DNA of 64,000 nt from Ylistrum balloti (taxonomy: Eukaryota). The stretch lies in the NCBI RefSeq assembly GCF_031769215.1, contig NW_026781888.1:1116001-1180000 (forward strand). The letters are read 5' to 3'. The notes beneath the pieces are model-generated. The model was given only the letters and a program-made list of their open reading frames with translations. It had not been told where the DNA came from and searched no databases. The translations under genes were made by a program, and so were the position numbers. Positions 53,401 through 61,762 of this stretch are shown piece by piece; position 1 is the stretch's first letter; every line of letters starts with the position of its first letter.

Positions 53401-55171
53401 ACATGCTACTTCACTGTGAACCTCGAGATTGGTATGTTGAGAAGAGTATGTCTTATATACTGTAAATAGATCAATACAATAACAGTCCTGAGATGAAATA
53501 TTTTACCATATTTTACACATACCTAAATAAGTGATTCAAGCTCACATTTCCTCCCAGCTGTGAACATCAGGGTGGGCTTATTATAAGGGGGACAACATGG
53601 ACTAAATCATTTATTGGTATCATTCTGTTTCAGAGTCGACAAGTTTTAACCACGACCCTTGACCTTAACTGTACATCTCCAGTTGACAACTGGAGACTCT
53701 CTAGAGTTGCACTCATCCTGGATCCTGGTAAGCCTTTTTGATTATCACATGACCACAAGGTCAGAGGTCATATTCTCGGTCAGATTTTAAGGCTTAACAT
53801 TTTATCCACTAAATGTTTAAAGACTTTCATGTCCTTGTATTTGTAACATTTATTTTAAACTTCCACTGGTATTATCTTGGAATGAAGGTGATATTAAGTC
53901 ATATTGGTCACATTGATCTATCATTATATACAGCATTGCCAGGAAAAAATCCTTGTATCTAAATTATAAATTTAAATATTTAGTACTCTCAGATTAGTTG
54001 TAATGTCTTTCTGACTGTTGAATTAACTTCTGTAGGACTACCAGAGGATGGTGTGAGGAAGTCACGATCCTACTTGATGCTGACACGAGCTCCCCAGATG
54101 ATGACTGTGGAAGAAGAGTCGGAGCTTGCTTCAGAGGAAGAGGAGTTTATCAGGCTTGCTGAGGAAACAACTACAGATATTGACCAATCGGAGCAATCAA
54201 CACAACTGTCATACAGACCAATGACTCCCAAAGCACCACCACTTCCTGCGGGACTAGGTCTTCGTAAGGAACCATTAATGGTTGAAGAAGAAGAAGAAGA
54301 AGAGGTAGAAAATGCAAAGAGTGTAGAACAGAAAAGTGATGGAAAACTAACACCAAAGACAGGAGGCTCTACACCGAAAAAATCTGGGAAAACAAGCCCC
54401 AAGACGAGTATAAACACACCGAAAGGAAGTATAAAATCTTCAGATACCAAACAGGGGTCCGCCCAAGTGTCTCCACGTGAACAAGTCGTTACCAAATCAC
54501 CTGCACCATCAAGAGGCAGCAATAAGACTCCAGGGTCAAAATCTGGGTCACGCCAACAATCTCATCATACTTCACAGGAACTTGAAGTAGCAGAACAGAA
54601 CAGTCGACCACGTTCTGAACATGAAGATCCTGTCACACAAATGGAGATAGAGGATGAGACAACGCACCCTGACCCCAATGAGACAAAGAGTCAGAGGTCA
54701 GACAGAGAAGAGGAGACTGTGACCTCTGATAACAAAGACAATATGGAAGACACAAATGAACAGCCATTATCAAAGGCTCCTTCCAAAGAAAGTGTAAATA
54801 GGTCTGGAAAAATGTCTAAAACTCCTTCCAAAGAGAGTGTAAATAGATCTGAAAAACTGTCTAAAGCTCCTTCAAAAGAAAGTGTAAATAGGTCTGGAAA
54901 AATGTCTAAAGCTCCTTCAAAAGAGAGTGTAAACCGATCTGAAAAACTGTCTAAAGCTCCTTCAAAAGAAAGTGTAAACAATGCTGGCACAATGTCTAAA
55001 GGTGCTTCTAAGGAAAGTGTGAACAAAAGTACTGATAACGATGTGGCAGGTCAAAGGTCACAGTCAGGCAGTAGACGACCTTCAGTTGCATCCCAAAGGT
55101 CACAAGCAAGTCCAGCAAACCAAGGACAGAGACGGCTATCACAGGGATCACAGAGATCAACTGACCCCTAG
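339..55171 (+). CDS. Divergent dynein heavy chain (motor domain through C-terminus; 5'-partial, 51 exons in window)
   Basis: Manually spliced GT-AG exons, all phase-compatible: 339-386, 1581-1856, 4800-5008, 5306-5463, 5989-6106, 6431-6544, 6874-7173, 7510-7680, 7870-7998, 8269-8429, 8637-8763, 9246-9566, 10424-10587, 11092-11263, 11503-11739, 12715-12957, 18935-19140, 19922-20088, 20324-20474, 20662-20818, 21100-21204, 21394-21568, 21691-21757, 22444-22611, 23037-23151, 23514-23639, 24487-24706, 25447-25583, 26499-26751, 27051-27275, 27691-27850, 36281-36429, 36637-37001, 37517-37744, 37909-38125, 40697-40889, 41888-41997, 43304-43546, 43776-44113, 45165-45345, 45608-45844, 47881-48152, 48616-48763, 49583-49688, 50143-50422, 50837-51038, 51417-51622, 51979-52115, 52424-52532, 53634-53727, 54036-55171 (TAG). 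Dynein motifs appear in canonical order: GPPGCGKS, EWKDG, GENGCGKT, VDDIN, FLPTAQRCHYIFTVRDLS, LWQHE, LCKWV, MLIDP, LLRMLRPDR, WLGGLVNP, YPCPVY, WRLSRVALIL. The subfamily or ortholog cannot be assigned without a phylogeny. Confidence 0.94.
423..1440. repeat. 24-bp minisatellite (GTCCTGAAACAGCTCTGGTCCCAT / GTCCTGAAACAGCTCTTGTCAAGT variants)
   Basis: Direct tandem copies in two variant blocks; source of the repetitive ORFs at 312-1242. Confidence 0.95.
3153..4080. repeat. 40-bp minisatellite ending in 31-bp variant units
   Basis: TTTACTGTTTGTTACTGACAGAAGTTGACTGGTTCAGTAA, about 19 copies, then TGTTTGTTATTGACAGAAATTGACTGGTTCA, about 4 copies. Confidence 0.95.
5306..7998 (+). CDS. Dynein AAA2 module (6 exons)
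   Basis: Walker A GPPGCGKS; ELMGYWDPKTK-EWKDGLFASLLR; QLDGE; LGNNERMVIP...RFFWE; MSPALLANVAIL; IWAFTGTL; VFDYFVD. Confidence 0.92.
5478..5771. repeat. 27-bp minisatellite starting just after a donor site
   Basis: AGAACCATCAAAGACATGTAAATATTC, about 11 copies. Confidence 0.9.
7285..7520 (+). repeat. Minisatellite of about 62 bp that includes the acceptor of exon 7510
   Basis: TATTTCTAG recurs with AG ending at 7325, 7387, 7449 and 7509 (real). Confidence 0.88.
8269..11263 (+). CDS. Dynein AAA3 module (5 exons)
   Basis: Walker A GENGCGKT; Walker B LVDDIN; VDKYGHQTAIELVREHIDDGGFY; ISQRFLRHF; FLPTAQRCHYIFTVRDLS; LLWQHEAFWVYGHRM. Confidence 0.93.
9125..9240. repeat. 19-bp minisatellite abutting the acceptor of exon 9246
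   Basis: GTAACGTGATTATACTGA(T/C), about 6 copies, grading into GTACCATGATTATTCTCCAG. Confidence 0.9.
9622..9670. repeat. (GT)n microsatellite
   Basis: About 24 perfect dinucleotides. Confidence 0.98.
11503..20474 (+). CDS. Dynein AAA4 module (5 exons, degenerate P-loop)
   Basis: VEEYNKIHPRIKLALY; EQVCRIAR; P-loop position reads NAEGCPGRCT followed by KLAAHLCG; FKADL...RAG; GSISHLFTYEE; VRNNFRICL...EYPAF...WLPHWS; HITNTTYEKFV. Confidence 0.88.
11832..12283 (+). mobile_element. Probable degenerate Helentron-type element abutting the 12284 copy
   Basis: 5' hairpin TTTTATGC...GCATAAAA. 3' end GCATATGTGTTGCTCCTGCATATCTAGTT lies directly against the next element. Confidence 0.35.
12284..12583 (+). 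mobile_element. Non-autonomous Helentron-type element (HINE/DINE-like), short copy 1
   Basis: 5' subterminal repeat GGTCATCTGA (12291) with adjacent hairpin, reverse-complement TCAGATGACC (12550), then 3' palindrome AGGCCCATGGGCCT and CTTGTT. T-rich flanks. A close paralog sits at 53048-53353. Confidence 0.75.
13414..13848. repeat. Composite minisatellite: two 91-bp units then about four 55-bp deletion-derived units
   Basis: CT(G/C)GTATT recurs at 13414, 13505, 13596, 13651, 13706, 13761 and 13816. Confidence 0.9.
14565..16530. repeat. 77-bp minisatellite, about 25 copies
   Basis: AAGTCCAGCAGTGATGGTGTAAGGTTACAGACTGATCTAGACCTACTAGGACTGTAGGATGTAAACTCTGTCCTAAC. Confidence 0.97.
17816..18295 (+). 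mobile_element. Degenerate Helentron-type element, different subTIR family
   Basis: T-run start with hairpin (AACTGGTCCAGTGGACCGGT) and 3' end CAGGCAAGCGATACTGGTCCAGTTGGCCTCATGTT, matching the architecture of the other copies. Confidence 0.5.
18583..18793. other. Assembly gap (211 N)
   Basis: Run of N inside the 12958-18934 intron. Confidence 0.99.
20662..24706 (+). CDS. Dynein stalk coiled coils and microtubule-binding domain (8 exons)
   Basis: Heptad-rich CC1; LAELRGMNKP; DLTWQKGAKRQM; FIEELTSFD; YLKKPSFDP; ACGSLCKWVRGVVRY; KVKPL; CC2; LKGERQR; AAALATYLGPY..NFR. Confidence 0.88.
20910..21107 (+). repeat. Degenerate 22-bp minisatellite spanning the acceptor of exon 21100
   Basis: Consensus ATGGTTTATTTTACAG|GGTACC, about 9 copies; the last copy is the real junction. 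Confidence 0.85.
23732..24493 (+). repeat. 41-bp minisatellite spanning the acceptor of exon 24487, with a (GT)n run in the first unit
   Basis: GACTCTAGATCTCTATGTATGTGTAAATGTGTTATTTAACA; the real junction is GTGTTATTTAACAG|ACTCTAAAG. Confidence 0.93.
25447..27275 (+). CDS. Three exons encoding a charged low-complexity insertion before AAA5
   Basis: Exons 25447-25583, 26499-26751 (E/K-rich) and 27051-27275 have canonical splice sites, and phases 1-0-1-1 link the stalk exon to the AAA5 exon. Confidence 0.78.
26152..26470. repeat. 24-bp minisatellite close to the acceptor of exon 26499
   Basis: CACTCAGACATGTCAACACTGTAA and variants. Confidence 0.9.
27691..40889 (+). CDS. Dynein AAA5 and strut/buttress region (6 exons)
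   Basis: IENAAIL..SWQRPPMLIDPNGEG..WL; LEKAIMRGKPVLL; FRFYLS...KPKFNPEI...TLINF; LTEDLL; LFPLARRAAMLF...IHNEYQFTL.YF.ELF; LTGLVYRRI. Confidence 0.9.
28575..29075. repeat. AT-rich minisatellite of about 24 bp
   Basis: ATAGATATAATAACTCCCAATATT, about 20 copies. Confidence 0.93.
29419..29486. repeat. (CA)n microsatellite followed by a degenerate repeat of about 26 bp to about 29760
   Basis: About 34 perfect CA units. Confidence 0.97.
30060..30650. repeat. 30-bp minisatellite with degenerate flanks
   Basis: GGAGTGTAATTCTTAGAAGTGTACAGCTGT. Confidence 0.85.
31100..31277 (+). mobile_element. 3' fragment of a Helentron-type element
   Basis: Ends CCAGGTTAGTGATGCAGGCCCCTTGGGCCTCTTGTT, the same 3' hairpin plus CTTGTT terminus. 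The 5' boundary is uncertain. Confidence 0.45.
32072..32109. mobile_element. 38-bp palindromic insertion with 7-bp direct flanks
   Basis: CAGAGACGTATATAACAC-AT-GTGTTATATATGTCTCTG (one mismatch between arms), flanked on both sides by CCAGAAC. Confidence 0.55.
32695..34616. repeat. Mixed 44-bp / 48-bp minisatellite
   Basis: AGACCTGGGAATTT(T/A)GTCTCAGCTCTC(G/A)TCTAACACTTCTATAC and AGACCTGGGAACTTAGTGTCAGA(T/C)AGCTCTCATCTAACACTTCTATAC. Confidence 0.96.
35375..35910. repeat. 39-bp minisatellite, about 14 copies
   Basis: AAAGTTTGAGGAGAAATCAGGGTAGACAACTCACATTGT. Confidence 0.94.
37268..37433. mobile_element. 166-bp MITE with 11-bp perfect TIRs
   Basis: CAGGGCTCTCA (37268-37278) ... TGAGAGCCCTG (37423-37433), with TATTC on both flanks. 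Confidence 0.65.
38520..40570. repeat. 45-bp minisatellite, about 45 copies, with a 720-bp higher-order duplication
   Basis: TCTGTCACCTCCCCAACCATACGGGTTTGTCTCTCAAGGATGTGT; source of the 673-aa and 524-aa repetitive ORFs. Confidence 0.97.
41888..48763 (+). CDS. Dynein AAA6 region (7 exons)
   Basis: SLYEEDCLLF; PDWMPQEKW; WQAWY...PE...LP; FHQLLLLRMLRPDRL; RVGEG...A...DGWVIIEDLHL; FCVWVTSEP; ARQLFGTQGLNQWYPFN. Confidence 0.88.
42037..43087 (+). mobile_element. Longer Helentron-type element with internal tandem units of about 130-140 bp
   Basis: Same 5' GGTCATCTGA (42042) and 3' TTAGATGACC...AGGCCTGTGGACCT-CTTGTT end as the short copies. The interior is about 6 degenerate units containing ACTTCTTCTCAATAA..CAAAAGGCC and GACCTTGA..TTCAAGGTCAC. 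Confidence 0.7.
44078..44600 (+). repeat. 48-bp minisatellite spanning the donor of exon 43776-44113
   Basis: First unit CATCCTCCTGTTGATGTACTTATTCGTATGGCTGAG|GTGAGTATTGTG; about 10 intronic derivatives follow. Confidence 0.92.
45830..46286 (+). repeat. 19-20-bp minisatellite of the donor of exon 45608-45844
   Basis: CAG|GTAAGATATTTACCAC repeated; interrupted at its distal end by the Tc1 insertion. Confidence 0.9.
46287..47775 (-). mobile_element. Tc1-family (DD34E) DNA transposon, full length but decayed, intronic
   Basis: TIRs of about 26 bp, TACT(T/C)AACAAAAAAAGAAAGGT, at 46287 and (reverse complement) ending 47775. TA target duplication at 46285-46286 and 47776-47777. Internal transposase remnant. 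Confidence 0.93.
46486..47480 (-). pseudogene. Tc1 transposase pseudogene
   Basis: N-terminal HTH region (MPQLSQVQRERAVGM...), VLFSDESRF, VMVWGGI, FQQDNAPAH and WPSKSPDLSPIEHVW, with D-(34 aa)-E spacing counted directly. Three in-frame stops (TGA, TAA, TGA) between 47121 and about 47050, and a 1-nt frameshift near 46775. Confidence 0.92.
48425..48617 (+). repeat. 71-bp tandem repeat spanning the acceptor of exon 48616
   Basis: GACCTTATGTT(A/T)CAG|CT with AG ending at 48480, 48551 and 48615 (real). Confidence 0.88.
49050..49515 (-). mobile_element. Degenerate CR1/L2-type LINE fragment (post-RT C-terminal region)
   Basis: Minus-strand translation GVWISDNFNFSHQVNK...FLKCSCKCF...KLVRSK...QLESVQRK, then FSLESRQQYLDIC*LLKCIHGLFDC. 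This matches the LGV..D..L.F..H / LVRS.LEY / LE.VQR / SLE.RR..DL..L.K pattern of these LINEs. Stops and frameshifts present. Confidence 0.6.
49583..53727 (+). CDS. Dynein C-terminal domain (7 exons)
   Basis: LLQ|ECLWLN; VPVSW; SLLSWL; VWLGGLVNPIALLTAYIQ; GLFITEINLQGASW; YPCPVYMNKSR; WRLSRVALILDP. Confidence 0.9.
49715..49960. repeat. Degenerate repeat of about 40 bp downstream of the donor of exon 49583-49688
   Basis: GTAGGTCATGTGATATATTTGAGGGGTGGG-like units. Confidence 0.65.
50405..50750 (+). repeat. 30-bp minisatellite spanning the donor of exon 50143-50422
   Basis: GGATAACTACTGTCTCCTACAG|GTAACTAG, about 11 copies. Confidence 0.94.
51002..51270 (+). repeat. 61-bp minisatellite spanning the donor of exon 50837-51038
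   Basis: CAACCCTGTAC begins at 51002, 51067, 51128, 51189 and 51250; each full unit carries GAC(C/T)-(G/A)TAAGT. Confidence 0.92.
52595..52960 (+). mobile_element. Degenerate Penelope-like retroelement fragment
   Basis: Reads SNFPNMSYP/FLYSNISASPSYGVYMSQ*/YSSACIQYQDF across two frameshifts, resembling the F..SNIP..PAYGVY.SQL.RY.RAC motif at the C-terminal end of Penelope-like reverse transcriptases. Recognised from memory, not by search. Confidence 0.5.
53048..53353 (+). mobile_element. Non-autonomous Helentron-type element, short copy 2
   Basis: Aligns by eye end-to-end with 12284-12583 (e.g. shared CTACATGTCTCATTGAG..GAAACTTACCTGAAATGATCGTGACATGATC). Same subTIRs and 3' hairpin. Confidence 0.75.
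54036..55171 (+). CDS. Terminal exon: about 378-aa acidic/Ser-Lys-Pro-rich tail with 15-aa repeats
   Basis: Acceptor ttctgtag at 54035, phase 1 matching exon 53634-53727. Open to TAG 55169-55171. Six SK(A/T)PSKESVNRS(G/E)K(M/L)-type units at 54770-55030. Confidence 0.8.
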
Positions 55172-56779
55172 ACTTTATGAGAAAGGCAAAAATCTGTTGA
55201 AGACTGATGTTTATGAAATCCGTCCACATGTGCTAAACATTCTACATATGTACAGTATTATAAATAGGTATATGTATGTTTATATAAATTATTTCTGTTT
55301 TATTTTCTTACATATTTTCTGTGATAATTTCTTGTGTGTGTTTTTAAACACGAAGTCCCTACTGCTGATGTTTGATATTATCTTGTTAAATACTGGACAT
55401 TGATAGCATTCTACTGGTGCCTGATCATCTTCTTTGTATTCTTTGTCTGTAGAAATATCAACACCAGGTTTTCTATATTCAGTGTGAAAGATGATTTAAA
55501 ATAATTAGAAAACTTTCATATTTTTTCATTCATCATTTCCATTTCTTTCATACTGTTGTCTTTACATCAGCATCATATTGATCGGTGTTTATGATAATTT
55601 TTTGGAAGTGCCTGGTTATATATTTACTGTTTTATCAGCATTAACTGCTATAAATTTAGATATGATATAAAAACGCTTGACATTTCAGAATTTCATGTTT
55701 GACTACCAAACTGACGAGGATGTCGTATTAAAGAATTACTCTATTTATATGTACAAATGGATTTATTTCACACACGGTTTTTGTGCTGTATTTGGTGCCA
55801 TTGTGCACATTTCACTATCTGACTGGTGTGTTAAGCTTTGTGACCAAATTCAGGTCATATATCAGCATATATATATTCCAATATGCTGAAAAATGTTGAA
55901 TGAAATATTGCGACGGCTTGGTCTAATATTCCAACTGCAGGACAAAATTTTAAAAAATATTTCATTTTCGTTTTGTTGATGCATAAACATCATTAATGTT
56001 TACTACAGTTTATAAATCATGTAGATTGTTCAACTTAAAGCAAATTTTAACTGTACTAGGTTCATTTTTAATACTCTCACAAAGGAGCTAGGAAATACAT
56101 TATTGTTTCTGAAACAATGTGGAAGGGGGCTGTGTTATAGCTTAGCTCATACATATATAAGTGGATTGACGTGTAAATTTCAGAAACCAGACTGAAAGGT
56201 AATTAATGTTAACACTTATTTGCTACATATTGATATGTATTAAGGTGTTTATTTCAGTGTTTGTGTCCAGCCCGTTGAACATCCTGAACTTTTAAAATCA
56301 TTCCAGATTTCAGTTTTATCATATTTTGAAATTGCATAAGAAAGGCTTAAAGTCTAAGGTATATTTACATCATAAAATGTCTATTTATACCAAATTTGAG
56401 AAATAATGTTATGGAAATATTTTTCAAACAGAATGTTTTTATACAGAAGGTATTCAAATTAAACTAAAAAATGGAAGGATGGATACATATATATATTTAA
56501 TATTTAATATCATTACGGTACATTCCTAATCGTAAATCACATGATATTGTTTAAATCTTGTTTAAACATGTAACTTCTCTCAAACTGCTGAATTGTAAAA
56601 CAAGTATGTGGAAAAATAAAAAATTAATAGGTAATAGTTTCTTTGTTTTTATGTCTGTACGTGTATAGAGACTCGCTTGGAAAACCACATACGTCACAAG
56701 AAATTGATCATAAACGTTGTTACAAGTGAGAAAAATGTTAGTTGTTACATTACAGTTTGATATTTAAAACCATGGACAC

Positions 56780-56785
56780 AATAAA
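56780..56785 (+). promoter_or_regulatory. Candidate polyadenylation signal for the dynein gene (alternative AATAAA at 56615)
   Basis: AATAAA followed by a T-rich stretch about 1.6 kb after the stop codon. No transcript evidence. Confidence 0.25.
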
Positions 56786-57174
56786 GAAACACTTTTCTAG
56801 TTTTAGGCATGAATTCAAAGAGTTTTTATGTAAAATATCTGGTATCAGACATGCATATCATTTATAAGCTCACCTTGCCTAAACCAGAAAAAAAATTATG
56901 GAAAGCAATTAAAGGTCACATGGGTCAAATTTATTAAAATTTTGAATGACTCCTCATTAACAAGAAGGCATAGAGGCATGATAATTTGCTAGGATGGAGC
57001 CTGACAAAAACATTTCCTTGATCCATATTCAAGGTGACATTTGTCAAACTAGTAAAACACAGTAAACTAAAAGTCAGAAGACCTTGATTTTTGGTGGAAA
57101 GGTGTTTCTAGCTTTATAAATGTCAGGTTAGTTGTTGTACTGATGGAAAAACTTGTATCATGTCAGTTTAGTTG

Positions 57175-58330
57175 TTGTGGGGTAGGATATCAACGTGTGC
57201 CTATGACATCATGCTGGGAGGTAAGATATTTACGTGTGTCCATGACATCAAGCTGGGAGGTAGGATATGTACGTGTGTCCAAGATATTTACGTGTGTCCA
57301 TGACGTCATGCTGGGAGGTAGGATATTTTAGTGTGTCCATGACATCATGCTTGGAGGTAGGATATTTAAGTATGTCCATGACATCAATCGGTGAGGTAGG
57401 ATATTTACGTTTGTCCGTGACATCAGACTGTAAGGCAGGATATTTACGTGTGTCCATGACATCAAGCTGGGAGGTAGGATATGTACGTGTGTCCATGATA
57501 TCAGGCTTGGAGGTAGGATATTTAAGTGTGTCCATGACATCATGCTGGGAGGAAGGATATTTAGGTGTGTCCATGACATCATGCTGGGAGGTAGGATATT
57601 TACGTGTGTCCGTGACATCATGCTAGGAGGTAGGATATTTACGTGTGTCCATGACATCATGCTGTGAGGTAGGATATTTACATGTGTCTGTGACATCATG
57701 ATAGGAGGTAGGATATTTTAGTGTGTCCATGACATCAAGCTGGGAGGTAAGATATTTACGTGTGTCCATGACATCATGCTGGGAGGTAGGATATTTTAGT
57801 GTCCATGACATCATGCTGGGAGGTAGGATATTTAAGTATGTCCATGACATCATGCTGTGAGGTAGGATATTTACGTGTGTCCATGACATCAAGCTGTTAG
57901 GTAGGATATATACGTGTGTCCGTGACATCATGCTGGGAGATAGGATATTTACGTGTGTCCATGACATCAAGCTGTTAGGTAGGATATATACGTGTGTCCG
58001 TGACATCATGATAGGAGGTAGGATATTTACGTGTGTCCGTGACATCAGGCTGTGATGTAGGATATTTACGTGTGTCCGTGACATCAAGCTTGGAGGTAGG
58101 ATATTTACGTGTGTCCATGACATCATGCTGGGAGGTAGGATATTTACGTGTGTCCATGACATCAGGCTTGGAGGTAGGATATTTACGTGTGTCCATGACA
58201 TCATGCTGTGAGGTATGATATTTACGTGTGTCCATGACATCAGGCTGGGAGGTAGGATATTTACGTGTGTCCATGACATCAGGCTGGAAGGTAGGATATT
58301 TACGTGTGTCCATGACGTCATGCTGGGAGA
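57175..58330. repeat. 39-bp minisatellite, about 29 copies
   Basis: TGACATCATGCTGGGAGGTAGGATATTTACGTGTGTCCA. Confidence 0.95.
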
Positions 58331-60549
58331 CCGAGACTTTGCTGATGGTTACAACGGTGGAACTCTCCTCCTCGGGTAAAGATTTCTTTGTCCTATCTAC
58401 ACCTTATCTAAAACATACTAGAAATATATCAGTAAAAAGATAAATATGAATGACGATTTTGTTTTTATTTTGACCTATTCCTATCCTACATTATACAACC
58501 GAAATGATAACTCATTGCTATTAAGCATTAAAAAAGATTACCTGATAGTGTCTTACAATGATATTAAATTTCTTCAGCTGTCAATATCAACAGTCACGTC
58601 TCTCATGTTTCAAAATTACAACTGCCAGTTTATCACGTTTATGTTCTGTGCCTGCAGGCTGCCGTACCCCGGCAATATAGAGGTGTATTACCCTCACCGG
58701 AAGTGTGGATATTTCTGTCCACTCGGGTAGAATATCGCGTTTGTCCGTAACGTCAGACTGGGAGGTAGGACATTCACGTGTGTCTGTGACGCCATGTTTG
58801 GTGGTGTATCCATGACGTCTTTCTTGAAGGAGGGATAATGGAATGTAACATGACGTCAAAATAAAGAAAGTGTCACTGGAATGCGTCATATTCAAGTCTA
58901 CTTTTGACATAAGTTAACACCGTCCTATCACTCGGTCAGCACCGCCTCCTACCTTCACCAAAGTACCTTCCGCGACCCTGTGCCCTGCCGGCTTTCTCCC
59001 TTTTAATGAGACCAGTTTTAATGATACCTGTATACTTAAAGGCACGGTGTACTGTTGTGTGATAGTCACGCAAATCTGGTGTTTAATGAGATATTTTACC
59101 AGCTGATTAATTATGTATGTCACTAATCACTAGACGGAGCCTGCCATCACGGAGTGGAAGGAGTGCGTCTGAACAAAGAATAGGTCGGACGGACTGGACT
59201 TAATCATTCGCCGTATTGGTATGTCCTTTAAGGTGGCTGAATTCACATTTTCACTTTATTTCTGACAGGTCAACATGTCGAACAAGTACAATTCCCACGA
59301 CTCCATCAAGCACATGCATACTTTTATAAAACACTGTTATTGAAGAATTTGGTCAGATACCCCGTAAGCCCCAACCAGACAAGCATATAAGTAGGTCCGT
59401 CAGCGCTAGAACGGTCAATGGACAGGCGTCTCCAGACACGACAGTGATATATGTAAGTAAATCACTTCGTCTTCTCTATCATTGTACAGTCGGAATACCT
59501 AACTTAATCATAGTGTTATCACTGACGTCGACATTCTCTTACTCTGTATCTGCTATCGTGAAGTTGATGCGGTCAGTCCGTGTCCAGACATGTCCAGTAT
59601 GTCCATCTCGCTGTGTCTGTAGATGTCATGTTTTGAGCCGAGCCATAAGAGGTGAAAGGTTTTTTTTTTACATTCACACAATAATACTCAATGCTCAATT
59701 TAAACGTGTAGAAAATTGTTCGGGTATTGTGAACACTGTGAATCGTTTAATACCCTCAATGACAGATTGCCTACACGCACTGTTATGTAATAAAAATATC
59801 AACACAACTATCGTTAGCCTATGTACCCCAGTAGGATGAATCACGATATTTCAATGACAAAGCTAGGGAACTAAACATATGGACATACAGTCGGGAGTGG
59901 AAAGCCCTCGAGAGTCGTCCAGTCCATGGTTACCAGCGCGCCAACATTAGGGTCCCTGTCACGCCTTTCCCAGTAACGCTATGCCTTCCTAACGCTATAA
60001 TTACTCTCCGTTTGGGAAACACAACAGTACACTGAATAAACATCATCAATCTTCTGGTCACTCAGAATTCACACGTGTGCGGACTAAGTTTATTTAGAAT
60101 GTTTACCAAGGCGATTATGTAGGTTATCAGTACCTGTTTGGTTTGATGGGTACTTGTATCTGTGGGAGACTTTGTGATGTGTTTTGTTTAGTAGGCGAAT
60201 AAACGTTTATTTGGAAATACACAATTTCTTTGTACCGCGACGGGTGGACTCTTCCCACTTCAACTTACGTCGGTCTTTGGATATAAATTACATACGAACT
60301 GTTGGAGGTGAAATAGATGATGATCTAGCTGAGGAAGTTTATTAAAACAATCATCATTACGAGGAAGTTCCCAGTGGGTCTTGTGGAAGCGATTTTAAAA
60401 GTCTACGGTCGAGTTTCATTCCGGTCACCACGGCAACATGTCCACTTCTGGTCACCACCTTTCTGTGAGGTAGCGATGCCGTGATTTTTAATGGGTCACG
60501 ATGCAGTCATACGGATGGAGAAACCACGTCAACATGATGTCACTGCTAC

Positions 60550-61762
60550 AGGTCATAGACAAACAAGACAAGGTCAGTGATGCTGGATGTATAAAGGTCA
60601 GACAAACAAGACAAGGTCAGTGATACTGAATATATTAATTTCAGGCAAACAATACAAGGTCAGTGATGCTGAGCATATAAAGGTCAAAAGGTCATATACA
60701 ACCAAGCCAAGGTCAGTGATGATTGGTGTATATAGGTCATCCGATAAAGACATAGTCTGAGGTAATGGATGTCAAAGGTCAGACAAACAAGACAAGGTTT
60801 GTGATGCTGGGTGTATAAAGGTCATAGACAAACAAGACAAGGTTGGTGATGTTGGGTGTATAGAGGTCATAGACAGACAAGGCAAGGTTGGTGATGTTGG
60901 GTGTATAAAGGTCATAGACAAACAAGACAAGGTTTGTGATGCTGGGTGTATAAAGGCCGTAGACAGACAAAGCAAGGTTTGTAATGCGGGGTACATAAAG
61001 GTCAGACAGACAAGACAATGTTTGTGATGCTGGGTACATAAATGTCAGACAGACAAGACAAGGTTTGTGATGCTGGGTGTATAACGGTCATAGACAAACA
61101 AAACAAGGCTTGTGATGCTGGGTGTAGATGCTGGGTCATAGACAGACAAGACAAAGTCAGTGATGCTGGGTGTATAAAGGTCCGACAGACAAGACATGGT
61201 TTGTGAAGCTGGGTGTATCAAGATCAATAGACAGACAAGACAAGGGTTGTGACACTGAGTGTATAAAGGTCATAGACAGACAAGACAAGGTTTGTGATGC
61301 TGGGTGTAGATGCTGGGTCATAGACAGACAAGACAAAGTCAGTGATGCTGGGTGTATAAAGGTCCGACAGACAAGACATGGTTTGTGAAGCTGGGTGTAT
61401 CAAGGTCAATAGACAGACAAGACAAGGGTTGTGACACTGAGTGTATAAAGGTCATAGACAGACAAGACAAGGTTAGTGATGCTGGGTGTATTAAGGTCAA
61501 TAGAAAGACAAGACAAGGTTTGTGATGTTGGGTGTATAAAGGTCAATAGACAGACAAGATAAAGTCAGTGATGCTGAGTGTATATAAGTCATAGACAGAC
61601 AAGACAAGGTTTGTGATGCTGGGTGTATAAAGGTCAATAGACATACAAGACAAGGTTTGTGATGCTGGGGGTAGCAAGATCAATAGACAGACAAGACAAG
61701 GGTTGTGATGCTGAGTGTATATAGGTCATAGACAGACAAGACAAAGTCAGTGATGCTGGGGA
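60550..61762. repeat. 41-46-bp minisatellite with a higher-order duplication of about 182 bp
   Basis: GACAGACAAGACAAGGTTTGTGATGCTGGGTGTATAAAGGTCATA; the block near 61110-61290 is repeated near 61290-61470. Confidence 0.93.

Noticed and set aside
59269-59453. Plus-strand exon pair downstream of the dynein gene
   Set aside because: Would require an intron of about 31 nt, and the peptides are unrecognisable.
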